Shown: one piece after another, positions 7,601 through 16,365 of the stretch
How positions within the stretch are numbered: the first letter of the stretch is position 1
Layout of the letters: each line of letters begins with the position of its first letter
Source: an uncultured Pseudomonadota bacterium
Lineage (GTDB): Bacteria > Myxococcota_A > Polyangia > Fen-1088
DNA: 46,870 bases
Direction: 5' to 3'
Assembly (NCBI GenBank): GCA_963847705.1
Contig: CAWKBC010000038.1
Span: 1-46,870, forward strand
Program-made: the position numbers and the translations under genes
The notes under the pieces: generated by a model
Told to the model about the DNA's origin: nothing
Seen by the model: the letters and a program-made list of their open reading frames with translations, nothing else
Database searches by the model: none

Positions 7601-10600
7601 CTACGCCTCTGGGTGCGTGAGCAGCCGCCGCACCCAGAGGTCGGTCAGCTTTTCCTGGACGGTGTTCTGGCGGAGGCGGTCGGCCAGGTTCTTCCAGTCG
7701 ACGAAGTCCTGCGGCTGGTCCTGGTTCGAGCAGGAGAAGACGATCGTCTCCTTGCCAGTGGCGGGATCGATGTGGCGCTGCAGGCACTGCGCGCAGATCT
7801 CCTTCATCATGCACTGCATGGGCGAATTGATCGACGCGATGGCCACGTGCCCTGGACGGAAGTGCTGCGCCAGCACGCCGTGGCGCGCGTCCTTGACCGC
7901 CTTCATCATGCGATCGCTGCCGATGGCGATGACCCGGTGGCACTCGGGCAGCGGCACCAGAATCTCGCCCAGCTCGCCGCGTGCGTAGGCGCCCATGGCC
8001 TGGACGACGTTGCCGGAGAAGGCGCGATCCTGCGGGCGGCGCGGGTCGGGCAGCTCGCCGCCGTCGACGCTCCAGATGATCTGATCGGCGGCCGCCTCGA
8101 TCTCGTCGATCTTGTAGATGTCCTCGCGCTGGCGGTAAGCGGCGAAGTAGAGGACGCGGCTCCCCTGCGCCCGCAGCGCGCGGCCGATCGAGAACAGCAC
8201 GGCGTTGCCCAGGCCGCCGCCGGCCAGGACGACCGATTCGCCGGCCGGCGTCTCGGTGGGCGTGCCGGTGGGGCCCATGACGACCACCGGCTCGCCCGGC
8301 TGAAGGCTCATGCAGAGGCGCGAGCTGCCGCCCATCTCCAGGACGATCAACGACAGCAGCCCGGCTGGCTTGTCGACCCAGGCGCCGGTGAGCGCCAGCC
8401 CCTCCATGAGGAGGCGTGAGGTGTGGCTGCCGGCCATCTTGGCCAGCGCCTCGTAGTTCTGCAGGCGGAAGAACTGCCCCGGCTCGAAGTGACGGGCGGC
8501 GGCGGGCGCGCGCACGATCACCTCGACGATGGTCGGCGTCAGGCGATCGACACGAACGACCGTGGCGCGCCACTCGTCGTCGAGGCGCGCCGCGAACGCG
8601 TTCCAGGCCGCATCGCGCGCCGGCTGCGCGGCGGCGTCGAGCCCGGCGATCTCGTCGGCGAACAGCGCCTCGACGTGCGGCGCGCCGTCCTTGGCCGAGG
8701 CCATCGCGCGCACCACCGACCCGGCGTACACCGGGTGGTTGTCGCCGTAGTAGCTGACCGTGTGCCCGTCGCGGAGGTAACTGGTGAAGAAGCCGACGCC
8801 GCTGCCGGCGTCTTCCAGCTTGAGAGCGCCGTCGTCGCCGCGCACGGCCTTGAAGCTCTTGAAGGCCTTGGCGCGGTGATCGATCTCGAACGAGCCGGGG
8901 CGCTCGCGCTCGTAGGTGACGTTGGGCGAGGTGCCGGCGGCGACGAACAGGCTGCGCGCCGGCAGCGTCACCTGCTCGCCCGTCCCCTTGAGCTCGCCGT
9001 CGACCAGCGCGAGCCGCTCGAACTCCACCGCCTTCAGCGCGCCGCGCTCGTCGGGAACGCAGGCGAGCGGGGCCAGCTTCTCGACGAAGCGGACCCCTTC
9101 CTCGAAGAACTTGGTGATCTCCTCGTGGTTGAGGCGATAGGCCGGGCTGTCGGACATGTCGCGCCGGTAGACCAACGAGACGCCGCCCCACTTCTCCACC
9201 AGCGGCGCGAAGTTCGGCACCTCGCCGGCGGCCACCGCGCGCGTCCGCTCGGCCCGCACCGCGCGCCCGTGCTCCAGGAACTCGAGGGCGACCTCCCGCT
9301 CCTCGTGGTCGTAGGTGAGCTCCAGCGTCGCCGCGGCCTCGTGCCCCAGTGCCTCCCAGCGCTCCAGGAACTTCTCGACCTGGACCGGGTAGTAGGCGGC
9401 GGCCTCGGTGGTGGTGTCGATGCCGGTCAGCCCGCCGCCGATCACCAGCGCCGGCAGCCGGACCTGGAGGCTGGCCAGCGAATCGCGCTTGAACGCCCCC
9501 GACAGCTGCAGCGCCATCAGGAAGTCGGACGCCTTGCGCACGCCACGAATGAGGTTGTTCTTGACGTTGATGATGGTCGGCTTGCCGGCCCCCGCGGCGA
9601 TGCCGACGTGGTCGAACCCCATCGCGAACGCCTCGTCGGCGTCGACCGTGCCGCCGAAGCGGATGCCGCCGTACACCCGAAAGGTCGGGCGGCGCGCCAG
9701 GTTGAGGTGAAGCGCGGTGAGGAAGCTCTTGTCCCAGCGGACGGTGATGCCGTACTCGGCGACGCCCCCGAAGCCGGAGAGGCGCCGCTGGTCGAGCGGA
9801 GCCGCCAGCTCGTCCCAGCGCTCGACGGCGCGGGGAGGCCAGACGTCGGCGCCTATCAAATCAGCCGGCAACGGCTCGATCTTGAGCCCGTCGATCCCCA
9901 CCACGCCAAAACCGGCGTTGAGCAGGTGCTGCGACAGCGTCGAGCCGGCCGGCCCCATCCCCACCACCAGCACGTTCTTGCCGATGTACGGCCGCGCCAC
10001 TGGGCGCGCGCGGTTGAGCGGATTCCAGCGGGTCAAGAGGCCATAGATCTCGTAGCCCCAGCGCATGCCGAGCACGTCGGTGAGGACCCCCGTCTCGGCC
10101 TGCGGGATGTTGACCGGCTCCTGCTTCTGGAAGATGCAGGCCTTCATGCAGTCGTTGCAGATGCGATGGCCGGTGCCGGGCAACATCGGGTTGTCGATGA
10201 CCACCATGGCCAGCGCGGCGATCGAGTCGCCGTCGCGCCGCAGGACGTGCATCTCGCCGATCTTCTCCTTGAGCGGGCAGCCGCGCAGCGTGACGCCGAT
10301 GGGGTTCTTCTTCATCCCCCCCTGCTTGTCGTGCATCCCCTTCGAGCAGGAGTCCTTCTCCCGCTCGTGGCAGTACATGCAGTAGTCGGACTCCGACGCC
10401 ACCTCGCGCCGGGACATCCGCCCGTCGGTGAGGCCGAACCCGTCGCGCCGCCGCCGGTGCTCGGCCGGCCCCTCGGTGATGTTCGTCAGCTTCGGTTCCG
10501 GGCGCCGCAGCGGGACGAGATCTTCGAAGTCGACCGCGTGCGCGTGGCGAAATGAAACCCAGCTGGCGACCGCCTTGGCCGCCTCGGGCACGAACCGGTG

Positions 10601-11188
10601 CACCGACGCCCAGCGCTCGAGGAGATCGAGCTCCGGTTGCGACGCCCCCGCCTTCTCCTTGGCCAGGAGCGCGTCGATCACCGCCGCCAGCGTCAGCTCC
10701 TCGTCGCCGTCGACCACGAGATCGGGGAACGTCGCGCAGAGCTCGGCCACGGCCACCCGCAGCTCCGCCGGATCGTCGGTCAGCAGCTTGTCCTCGGGGT
10801 AGCGCTTGCAGGCCCGCCGGACGATGAAGTGCTTCATCCGGAAGATCGCCGCCTCGCGCGCCGCGACGTCGAGCTGGGCCTGCCGCGCCGAATCGACCTG
10901 GAACAGGCGCGCGACGAACGCCCCCAGCGGCCGCGCCACGTCGATGAGCAGCTCCGACTCCTGGGGCGCCGTCACGGTCCCGCCCGCGCGGTAGGCCTCG
11001 AACCGCGCCGCCAGCCCCGCGTTGCCCGCCGCCAGCTCGACGCGAAACAGCGCATCGAGCGCAGCGAGCCGTTCGGGCTCGTAGAGATCTCCGTAGCGGA
11101 AGCCGTCGATGCCGAGCGCGAAGTTGCGCGCAGGGTCGCGCGGCGCGCTTCCGGCGCCGCTTGCGAACGCGAATGGGTTGTCGTTCAG
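7601..11188 (-). CDS. Fused Fe-S flavoprotein: GltD/NfnB-like oxidoreductase plus FNR/PyrK/NfnA-like domain
   Basis: CMYCH..SC..GCP and GHRICNDCMKAC Fe-S motifs, Rossmann GMGPAG and GGGLTG, C-terminal RLQNY, GPTG, GGGLG and MQCMMKEICAQC..SC. The frame stays open upstream of the GTG at 10975 to a CTG at 11188, so the start is uncertain. Confidence 0.85.
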   Translation of the reverse strand: MNDNPFAFASGAGSAPRDPARNFALGIDGFRYGDLYEPERLAALDALFRVELAAGNAGLAARFEAYRAGGTVTAPQESELLIDVARPLGAFVARLFQVDSARQAQLDVAAREAAIFRMKHFIVRRACKRYPEDKLLTDDPAELRVAVAELCATFPDLVVDGDEELTLAAVIDALLAKEKAGASQPELDLLERWASVHRFVPEAAKAVASWVSFRHAHAVDFEDLVPLRRPEPKLTNITEGPAEHRRRRDGFGLTDGRMSRREVASESDYCMYCHEREKDSCSKGMHDKQGGMKKNPIGVTLRGCPLKEKIGEMHVLRRDGDSIAALAMVVIDNPMLPGTGHRICNDCMKACIFQKQEPVNIPQAETGVLTDVLGMRWGYEIYGLLTRWNPLNRARPVARPYIGKNVLVVGMGPAGSTLSQHLLNAGFGVVGIDGLKIEPLPADLIGADVWPPRAVERWDELAAPLDQRRLSGFGGVAEYGITVRWDKSFLTALHLNLARRPTFRVYGGIRFGGTVDADEAFAMGFDHVGIAAGAGKPTIINVKNNLIRGVRKASDFLMALQLSGAFKRDSLASLQVRLPALVIGGGLTGIDTTTEAAAYYPVQVEKFLERWEALGHEAAATLELTYDHEEREVALEFLEHGRAVRAERTRAVAAGEVPNFAPLVEKWGGVSLVYRRDMSDSPAYRLNHEEITKFFEEGVRFVEKLAPLACVPDERGALKAVEFERLALVDGELKGTGEQVTLPARSLFVAAGTSPNVTYERERPGSFEIDHRAKAFKSFKAVRGDDGALKLEDAGSGVGFFTSYLRDGHTVSYYGDNHPVYAGSVVRAMASAKDGAPHVEALFADEIAGLDAAAQPARDAAWNAFAARLDDEWRATVVRVDRLTPTIVEVIVRAPAAARHFEPGQFFRLQNYEALAKMAGSHTSRLLMEGLALTGAWVDKPAGLLSLIVLEMGGSSRLCMSLQPGEPVVVMGPTGTPTETPAGESVVLAGGGLGNAVLFSIGRALRAQGSRVLYFAAYRQREDIYKIDEIEAAADQIIWSVDGGELPDPRRPQDRAFSGNVVQAMGAYARGELGEILVPLPECHRVIAIGSDRMMKAVKDARHGVLAQHFRPGHVAIASINSPMQCMMKEICAQCLQRHIDPATGKETIVFSCSNQDQPQDFVDWKNLADRLRQNTVQEKLTDLWVRRLLTHPEA

Positions 11189-11192
11189 AGCG

Positions 11193-12386
11193 TCAGACTC
11201 TTACGTTACAGAACTGCTGGTAGTCAATCAGCTCGATGTCTTCGGGCTTCTTCCCGTCGCCGCAGACCGGGCAGGTCGGGTCGTGCGGCCGCTTGAACTC
11301 GCGGAACTTCATGGCCAGCGCGTCGAACACCAGCTGCCGCCCGGAGAGCGTCTTGCCGATGCCCAGCAGCACCTTGATCGCCTCGACCGCCTGCAAGGAG
11401 CCGATCACGCCGCAGAGAACGCCGAGAACGCCCGCCTCCTGGCAGGAGGGGGCCATGTCCGGCGGCGGCGGCTCCGGATAGAAGCAGCGGTAGCAGGGAC
11501 CGTTGAAGGGCAGGAAGGTGGTGACCGTCCCGTCGAACCGGTAGATGCTGCCGTCGACCACCGGCTTCTTCAGCTTCAGCGCCGCGTCGTTGATCAGGTA
11601 GCGGGTCGGGAAGTTGTCGACCCCGTCGACGATGAGGTCGTAGTCCTTGATGATGTCGAGGACGTTGTCCGAGTCGAGCCGCACCTGGTGCTTGATGACC
11701 TTCACGTCGGGGTTCAGCTTGGAGATGGCGATGGCCGCCGATTCGACCTTGGGCATCCCGATGCGGTCGGTCGAGTGGATGATCTGCCGCTGCAGGTTCG
11801 ACGCGTCGACCACGTCGTCGTCGACGAAGCCGATCGTGCCGACCCCCGCCGCCGCCAGATAGAGCCCCACCGGCGACCCCAGCCCGCCAGCGCCGAGCAA
11901 GAGCACCTTGGAGCTGAGCAGCTTGATCTGCCCCGCCTCCCCCATCTCGGGGAGCATCGTGTGACGCGCGTAGCGCAGGCTCTGCTCCTGCGTCATCACG
12001 ATCGGCCGATCGAAGGGCAGCCCGGCCCGCTTCCAGGCAGAGAACCCGCCGGCCAGCGACTTGACGTTGGTGTAGCCGAGCTCGCCGAGCGCGCGCGCCG
12101 CCAGGGCCGACCGCGTCCCACCGGCACAATAGAGCACAATCTCCGACGACTTTTCGGGAACCTGATCCTCGATCCGCAGCTCGAGGAAGCCACGCGGAAT
12201 CCAGCGCGCGCCGGGGATCGACCCTTCGACCCACTCGTCCTTCTCGCGCACGTCGATCAAGATCGGCCCGGCGCCGTTGCCGTCGCCCGCCTTGCCCTTC
12301 TGGGCCTCGACCGTCTTGCGCAGCGTCTCGACGTCGGTCTCGCGAATCTGCGATTTGACGTCCTTCAGCAGGTTCCCAAAGCTCAT
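11193..12386 (-). CDS. moeB: Rhodanese-MoeB/ThiF fusion (MoeZ-like sulfur-carrier adenylyltransferase)
   Basis: Rhodanese (IDVRE..EW..GSIPGA, YCAGGTRS) followed by ThiF domain (RYARH, GAGGLG, SNLQRQ, PCYRC, SCQEAGVLG, CPVC). Start at ATG MSFGNLLK. Confidence 0.92.
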   Translation of the reverse strand: MSFGNLLKDVKSQIRETDVETLRKTVEAQKGKAGDGNGAGPILIDVREKDEWVEGSIPGARWIPRGFLELRIEDQVPEKSSEIVLYCAGGTRSALAARALGELGYTNVKSLAGGFSAWKRAGLPFDRPIVMTQEQSLRYARHTMLPEMGEAGQIKLLSSKVLLLGAGGLGSPVGLYLAAAGVGTIGFVDDDVVDASNLQRQIIHSTDRIGMPKVESAAIAISKLNPDVKVIKHQVRLDSDNVLDIIKDYDLIVDGVDNFPTRYLINDAALKLKKPVVDGSIYRFDGTVTTFLPFNGPCYRCFYPEPPPPDMAPSCQEAGVLGVLCGVIGSLQAVEAIKVLLGIGKTLSGRQLVFDALAMKFREFKRPHDPTCPVCGDGKKPEDIELIDYQQFCNVRV

Positions 12387-12524
12387 GCCCGAAAGTACTC
12401 CTTCGCTTGTTGCTGTGCGAGTGGGATGCCACCCGCGGCTCGCCGGTGACATGTCCAGCAGAACAGAATATCCGTTATTTACCTAGAAGTGCATGTGGGA
12501 GGCAAGCGCTGCCGTGAAACACAG

Positions 12525-12560
12525 AAAAAGGCCCGGTCCGATCGGTTGATCGGCCGGGCC
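12525..12560 (-). terminator. Intrinsic terminator downstream of the lipoprotein gene
   Basis: Inverted repeat ggcccgg(t)ccgatc-ggtt-gatcggccgggcc flanked by an A5 run (U-tract on the minus strand). Confidence 0.7.
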
Positions 12561-12582
12561 CTTCGTCAGGCTTGCGTGAGGT

Positions 12583-13404
12583 CTAGTAGAATTTCACGTT
12601 CGAGAGAGTGAAGTTCCAGTCACACTCTGTGGCGCCGCCGTCGGACGCCTTCGGGGTGCTGAGCTGCCACTGGACACCCGTGAGCTTGGTCGTATCGAGC
12701 GCGGTCGAGGGGCTCCCGCCCGCCGGAGCGGTGTACGGAACCTGAATCGTGGTCGCCGTGCTTGTCAGCTGCGCGCTCGTGATTTGGAGCTGGGGCGCAT
12801 ATGAGCCCGCCGGGCCCGCGGACTTCACATCCGTCGACTTGGTGATATCGGCATGCTCGCTGTCGAGAATCGAGAACTGCATAGTGCAGCCCGCGCCCGT
12901 CAGCGATCCGCTGATATCGAACTGAACCCCGGTGTAGGTGTGTCCGTCGACGCAGTCGGTCCCGGCGGTGTTGCCGTTGAAGTAGAGCCCGAAGCCCTGA
13001 TAGTGATTGTTTGCGTCGATCTGAACCGTGTCCGTCACGTTCACCCCGCCGGCCGTCAGTTGGGTGAAGGTCGGCTTGGGGGTGTCGCCGTAAGTGAAGG
13101 TGCCGAAGAGGGACGAAATGCCGCCGTCGCCGGCCGCGAAGGACGCGATTTCAGTACCCGCGGGTGCATCGGACGTCGCGCATCCCAGCGTCGCGCCAGC
13201 CGCGCCGCTGTTGCCGGCCGTTCCGCCGGTGCCCGTCGAGCCGCCCGTGTGGGTTCCGCCGGTGCCAGTTCCGGTTCCGCCGGTGCCCGTGGAGCCGCCG
13301 GTGCCGCCCGAGCTGCTGCTGCTGCAACCGGCAGAGCCGACCGTCGCCAGACCGAGGCTCATGAGCCCCACAAACGCCAACTTTCTAAAATCCGTCATGT
13401 TCAT
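12583..13404 (-). CDS. Lipoprotein with Gly/Thr linker and beta-sandwich (carbohydrate-binding-like) domain
   Basis: Lipobox SAGC, GGTGGSTGTGG linker, GFGLYF..CVDG..YTGVQFDISG and LTGVQWQ..FTLSNVKFY jelly-roll pattern. GGAG RBS. Confidence 0.78.
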   Translation of the reverse strand: MNMTDFRKLAFVGLMSLGLATVGSAGCSSSSSGGTGGSTGTGGTGTGTGGTHTGGSTGTGGTAGNSGAAGATLGCATSDAPAGTEIASFAAGDGGISSLFGTFTYGDTPKPTFTQLTAGGVNVTDTVQIDANNHYQGFGLYFNGNTAGTDCVDGHTYTGVQFDISGSLTGAGCTMQFSILDSEHADITKSTDVKSAGPAGSYAPQLQITSAQLTSTATTIQVPYTAPAGGSPSTALDTTKLTGVQWQLSTPKASDGGATECDWNFTLSNVKFY

Positions 13405-13578
13405 TTTCTCCGATAATAAAGATGGGGGAGGTGGCGCCGGGAACCAACGCCGTGGATGGGCTTTAGTGCCGATCGGGCAAGATGACTAGCCCAACCAGCG
13501 ATTTTTTGCAAATCCGGTCCGGAATCGTGCTTCGATGGCCCGGGCTTTGCCAGGGCTGACCCGCGACGAATCGAATGG

Positions 13579-13607
13579 TTGGCAACCCCCGGTCAGCCGA
13601 CTATACT
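13579..13607 (+). promoter_or_regulatory. Sigma70-type promoter of the A-type carrier gene
   Basis: TTGGCA-17 nt-TATACT, upstream of AAGGAG RBS and ATG 13629. Confidence 0.65.
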
Positions 13608-13628
13608 TTGCACCGACAAGGAGAACCG

Positions 13629-14021
13629 ATGTCTGTCGCAGCTACCGAGACCGAGACCAAAGAAGCCGCCGCCCCGACCGCGCAAGAGGACGCGCCGATG
13701 GTGTCGCTGAGCGACAAGGCCGCCGAAAAGGTCAAAGAAATCCGCGGTGAAGAGAGCATCGAAGAGGGCTACGCTCTCCGTCTGAAGGTTCAGGGCGGTG
13801 GCTGCTCGGGCTTCTCCTACGACCTCTACTTCGACCAGCCGGCCGAGGGCGATCGTCCGTTCGAGATCAAAGGGGTCAAGCTCATCTGTGATGAGATGAG
13901 CCTGATGTACCTCCTCGGAACCGAGATCGACTACGTCGAGGGTCTGCATGGCGCCGGGTTCAAGTTCAACAACCCGAACGTCAAGTCGACCTGCGGCTGC
14001 GGCAGCTCCTTCAGCACCTAG
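13629..14021 (+). CDS. erpA: A-type Fe-S cluster carrier (ErpA/IscA/HesB family)
   Basis: LRLKVQGGGCSGFSY, GTEIDY and GFKFNNPN..TCGCGSSF motifs. The ErpA versus IscA assignment is tentative. Confidence 0.92.
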   Translation: MSVAATETETKEAAAPTAQEDAPMVSLSDKAAEKVKEIRGEESIEEGYALRLKVQGGGCSGFSYDLYFDQPAEGDRPFEIKGVKLICDEMSLMYLLGTEIDYVEGLHGAGFKFNNPNVKSTCGCGSSFST

Positions 14022-14080
14022 CGCGAGAGCGGGCAGAGCCCGCCCGCGACCCGCTGTAGGCGATCCGCTATAAGGAACGA

Positions 14081-15460
14081 GTGGATCCGTATGAGCTGTT
14101 GACGCGTGAGCTGGGAAGCTCGCGCGTTCTTCGTACGCCGGAGGCTATTGAGACCTACGGGCGTGACGAGTCTGGGCGTGGTTTCTATCCGCCCGATGCA
14201 GCGGTGCTGTGCGAATCGCGCGCGGAGATCGAGCTCGTGCTGCGGCTGGCGGCAGAGCACAAGATTCCCGTGACGCCGCGGGGAGCCGGCAGCGGGATGA
14301 CCGGTGGCGCGTTGCCAGTGCGCGGAGGGATCGTGCTCTCGACCGAGCGCATGAAAAAGATCCTCGAGGTCAGCGTCGACGATCGCATCGCGGTCGTCGA
14401 ACCGGGCGTCATCAACGCTGACCTGCAGGCGGCTGCGGAAGCGCAGGACATGTTCTACGCGCCGGATCCGGCCAGCCTCGGCTTCTGCTCGATGGGAGGC
14501 AACGTCGCCGAGAACGCAGGTGGCCCGCGGGCATTCAAGTACGGCGTCACGCGCGATTGGACGCTGGGTCTGACAGTGACGCTGATGGGCGGCGAGACGA
14601 TGCGCCTCGGTCGCCGCACGCCCAAAGGGGTGACGGGTTACGACCTGACCGCTCTGTTCGTCGGCAGCGAGGGGACCTTCGGCGTGACCAGTGAAATCAC
14701 GGTGAAGCTGATCGGAAAGCCCGATGGTGTGGGCACTTTCATCGCCGTCATGCCCGACGCCATCTCGGCTGGGCGCGCGGTGAGCGCGATCATTCGTAAG
14801 GGCTATCGCCCGCGTGCCCTGGAGCTGCTCGACAAGGCCGCCATCGACCACGTCCGCCCGAAGTCGGCTTTCACGTTCCCCGCGGAGGCCGGCGCGATCG
14901 TCCTCGTCGAGCTCGACGGCGACCCCGACGGGATGGAGGCGGCCATCCTTCGCTGCGGCTCTGTCTGCGAGGATGAAGGCGCGCGCGAGGTGATCGTGGC
15001 GCGCGACGACGCTGACCGCGAGCGTCTCTGGCAGACGCGGCGGCTGGTCTCGCGCTCGCTGAGAGAGGCGCACGCCTTCAAAGTCTCCGAAGACATCGTC
15101 GTGCCACCGGGTTCCATCGCCGAGATGCTTCGCCGCTGTGACGCGATCGGTGGCCGGCACCGCCTCCTGATGGCGACCTTCGGTCACGCGGGCGACGGCA
15201 ACCTCCACGTCAACGTCCTCACCGACGAAAACCACCGCGAGCCCTCCGTCGCCAAACGCATCGACGCCGCACTCGCCGACATCTTCCGTGCCGCCCTCGA
15301 CCTGGGCGGCACCCTCTCCGGCGAGCACGGCATCGGAATCGCGAAAGCGAAGTACATGGCCTGGGAGCAGTCAGCCGAAGTGATCGGCTGGCAGAAGCGC
15401 CTCAAACGCCTGTGGGATCCGCAGGAGCTGCTGAACCCGGGCAAGATCTTCGCCGGATAG
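14081..15460 (+). CDS. FAD-linked oxidase (GlcD / D-2-hydroxyacid dehydrogenase family)
   Basis: PRGAGSG..GG, APDP, GGNVAENAGG, GSEGTFG, GHAGDGNLH, SGEHGIG and LLNPGK motifs. Confidence 0.92.
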   Translation: MDPYELLTRELGSSRVLRTPEAIETYGRDESGRGFYPPDAAVLCESRAEIELVLRLAAEHKIPVTPRGAGSGMTGGALPVRGGIVLSTERMKKILEVSVDDRIAVVEPGVINADLQAAAEAQDMFYAPDPASLGFCSMGGNVAENAGGPRAFKYGVTRDWTLGLTVTLMGGETMRLGRRTPKGVTGYDLTALFVGSEGTFGVTSEITVKLIGKPDGVGTFIAVMPDAISAGRAVSAIIRKGYRPRALELLDKAAIDHVRPKSAFTFPAEAGAIVLVELDGDPDGMEAAILRCGSVCEDEGAREVIVARDDADRERLWQTRRLVSRSLREAHAFKVSEDIVVPPGSIAEMLRRCDAIGGRHRLLMATFGHAGDGNLHVNVLTDENHREPSVAKRIDAALADIFRAALDLGGTLSGEHGIGIAKAKYMAWEQSAEVIGWQKRLKRLWDPQELLNPGKIFAG

Positions 15461-15586
15461 CGAGGCTGCACCTCGGGTTGCTCTTGGCAGTCAGGCGCTT
15501 TCTCGTCCCACGGTGGATCGACAGTTTTGAGCTCACTCCACCATTCGAACCCGGGCGGCTCTCCTCGCGCCCGTGAGCGGACCGGC

Positions 15587-16351
15587 TCAGACTACTGGTG
15601 CGGCGGCGATGACGATCGCGCCCGGATAGCGCCCCTGATCGACGAACTTGCAGTACGCGCCGTCGCATCCGCGATCGCGCATGAGCGATAGTAGGTCGCC
15701 GAGATTATAGGGATTCATCAACATGTGGGGGTAACGCATGGGACGACTGCGGGCGAGGTTAGCGAGCCAATGCACGCCAGGAACATTCGCCTGCGCCCAG
15801 TTGATCGCGTGGCGAAGGTGAGACGCACGATCGTCGTAAGGAACGTGAACGGCAATGACTCCCCCCGGAGCCAACCGATCCAGAGCCCGGCGAACGACGT
15901 GCAATCCGCGCGCGACTGGCATGTGTTGGAGGACGTTATAGCTATGAAAGAGGTCGACGGGCTCGGTGATCCTCGAAAGATCGTCGTCGCTCGGAAGCCA
16001 GCGCACGTTGGTCGCCCCGAGACGGGTGGCATTTCTTCCCGCTTCACTCAGAGCATCGGTCGACACGTCCAGCCCGATCAGCGACTGACACCGACTCGCC
16101 AATGGAATTGCCACTCGACCCACCGAGCAGCCGAAATCCACGGCCAGCCGCGGTCTGAAATCGGGCACGATGCGGAGCCTGATCGCATCGAAGAGATCTG
16201 AGAGATAGCGCTCCCCGGATTGAAAGTAAGCGCCGATGTCGCGGCCTAGCGTGGAATCGAGCTTGTATGGATCCAGCGTTTTGACAGTGCTGAGATAGGG
16301 ATCAATCTGTCCCAGCCGTGCCCAATGTTTGTCACTGTTCACCATGATCAC
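15587..16351 (-). CDS. Class I SAM-dependent methyltransferase
   Basis: VDFGCSVGR motif I, IGLDVS, VLQHM and LAPGG. Codon usage is more A/T-rich than the flanks. Confidence 0.82.
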   Translation of the reverse strand: MIMVNSDKHWARLGQIDPYLSTVKTLDPYKLDSTLGRDIGAYFQSGERYLSDLFDAIRLRIVPDFRPRLAVDFGCSVGRVAIPLASRCQSLIGLDVSTDALSEAGRNATRLGATNVRWLPSDDDLSRITEPVDLFHSYNVLQHMPVARGLHVVRRALDRLAPGGVIAVHVPYDDRASHLRHAINWAQANVPGVHWLANLARSRPMRYPHMLMNPYNLGDLLSLMRDRGCDGAYCKFVDQGRYPGAIVIAAAPVV

Positions 16352-16365
16352 CTACTCACCCGCCG

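Noticed and set aside
8423-10555. 710-aa plus-strand ORF (also 2274-4337, 35856-38324, 22270-23658 and similar)
   Set aside because: These are antisense or off-frame shadows of well-supported genes, expected in stop-poor high-GC DNA, and carry no recognisable motifs.
15540-15560. tRNA T-arm-like GGGTTCGAAT on the minus strand as a possible integration site
   Set aside because: There is no complementary T-stem, acceptor stem or cloverleaf, and no second copy at the other end of the islet.
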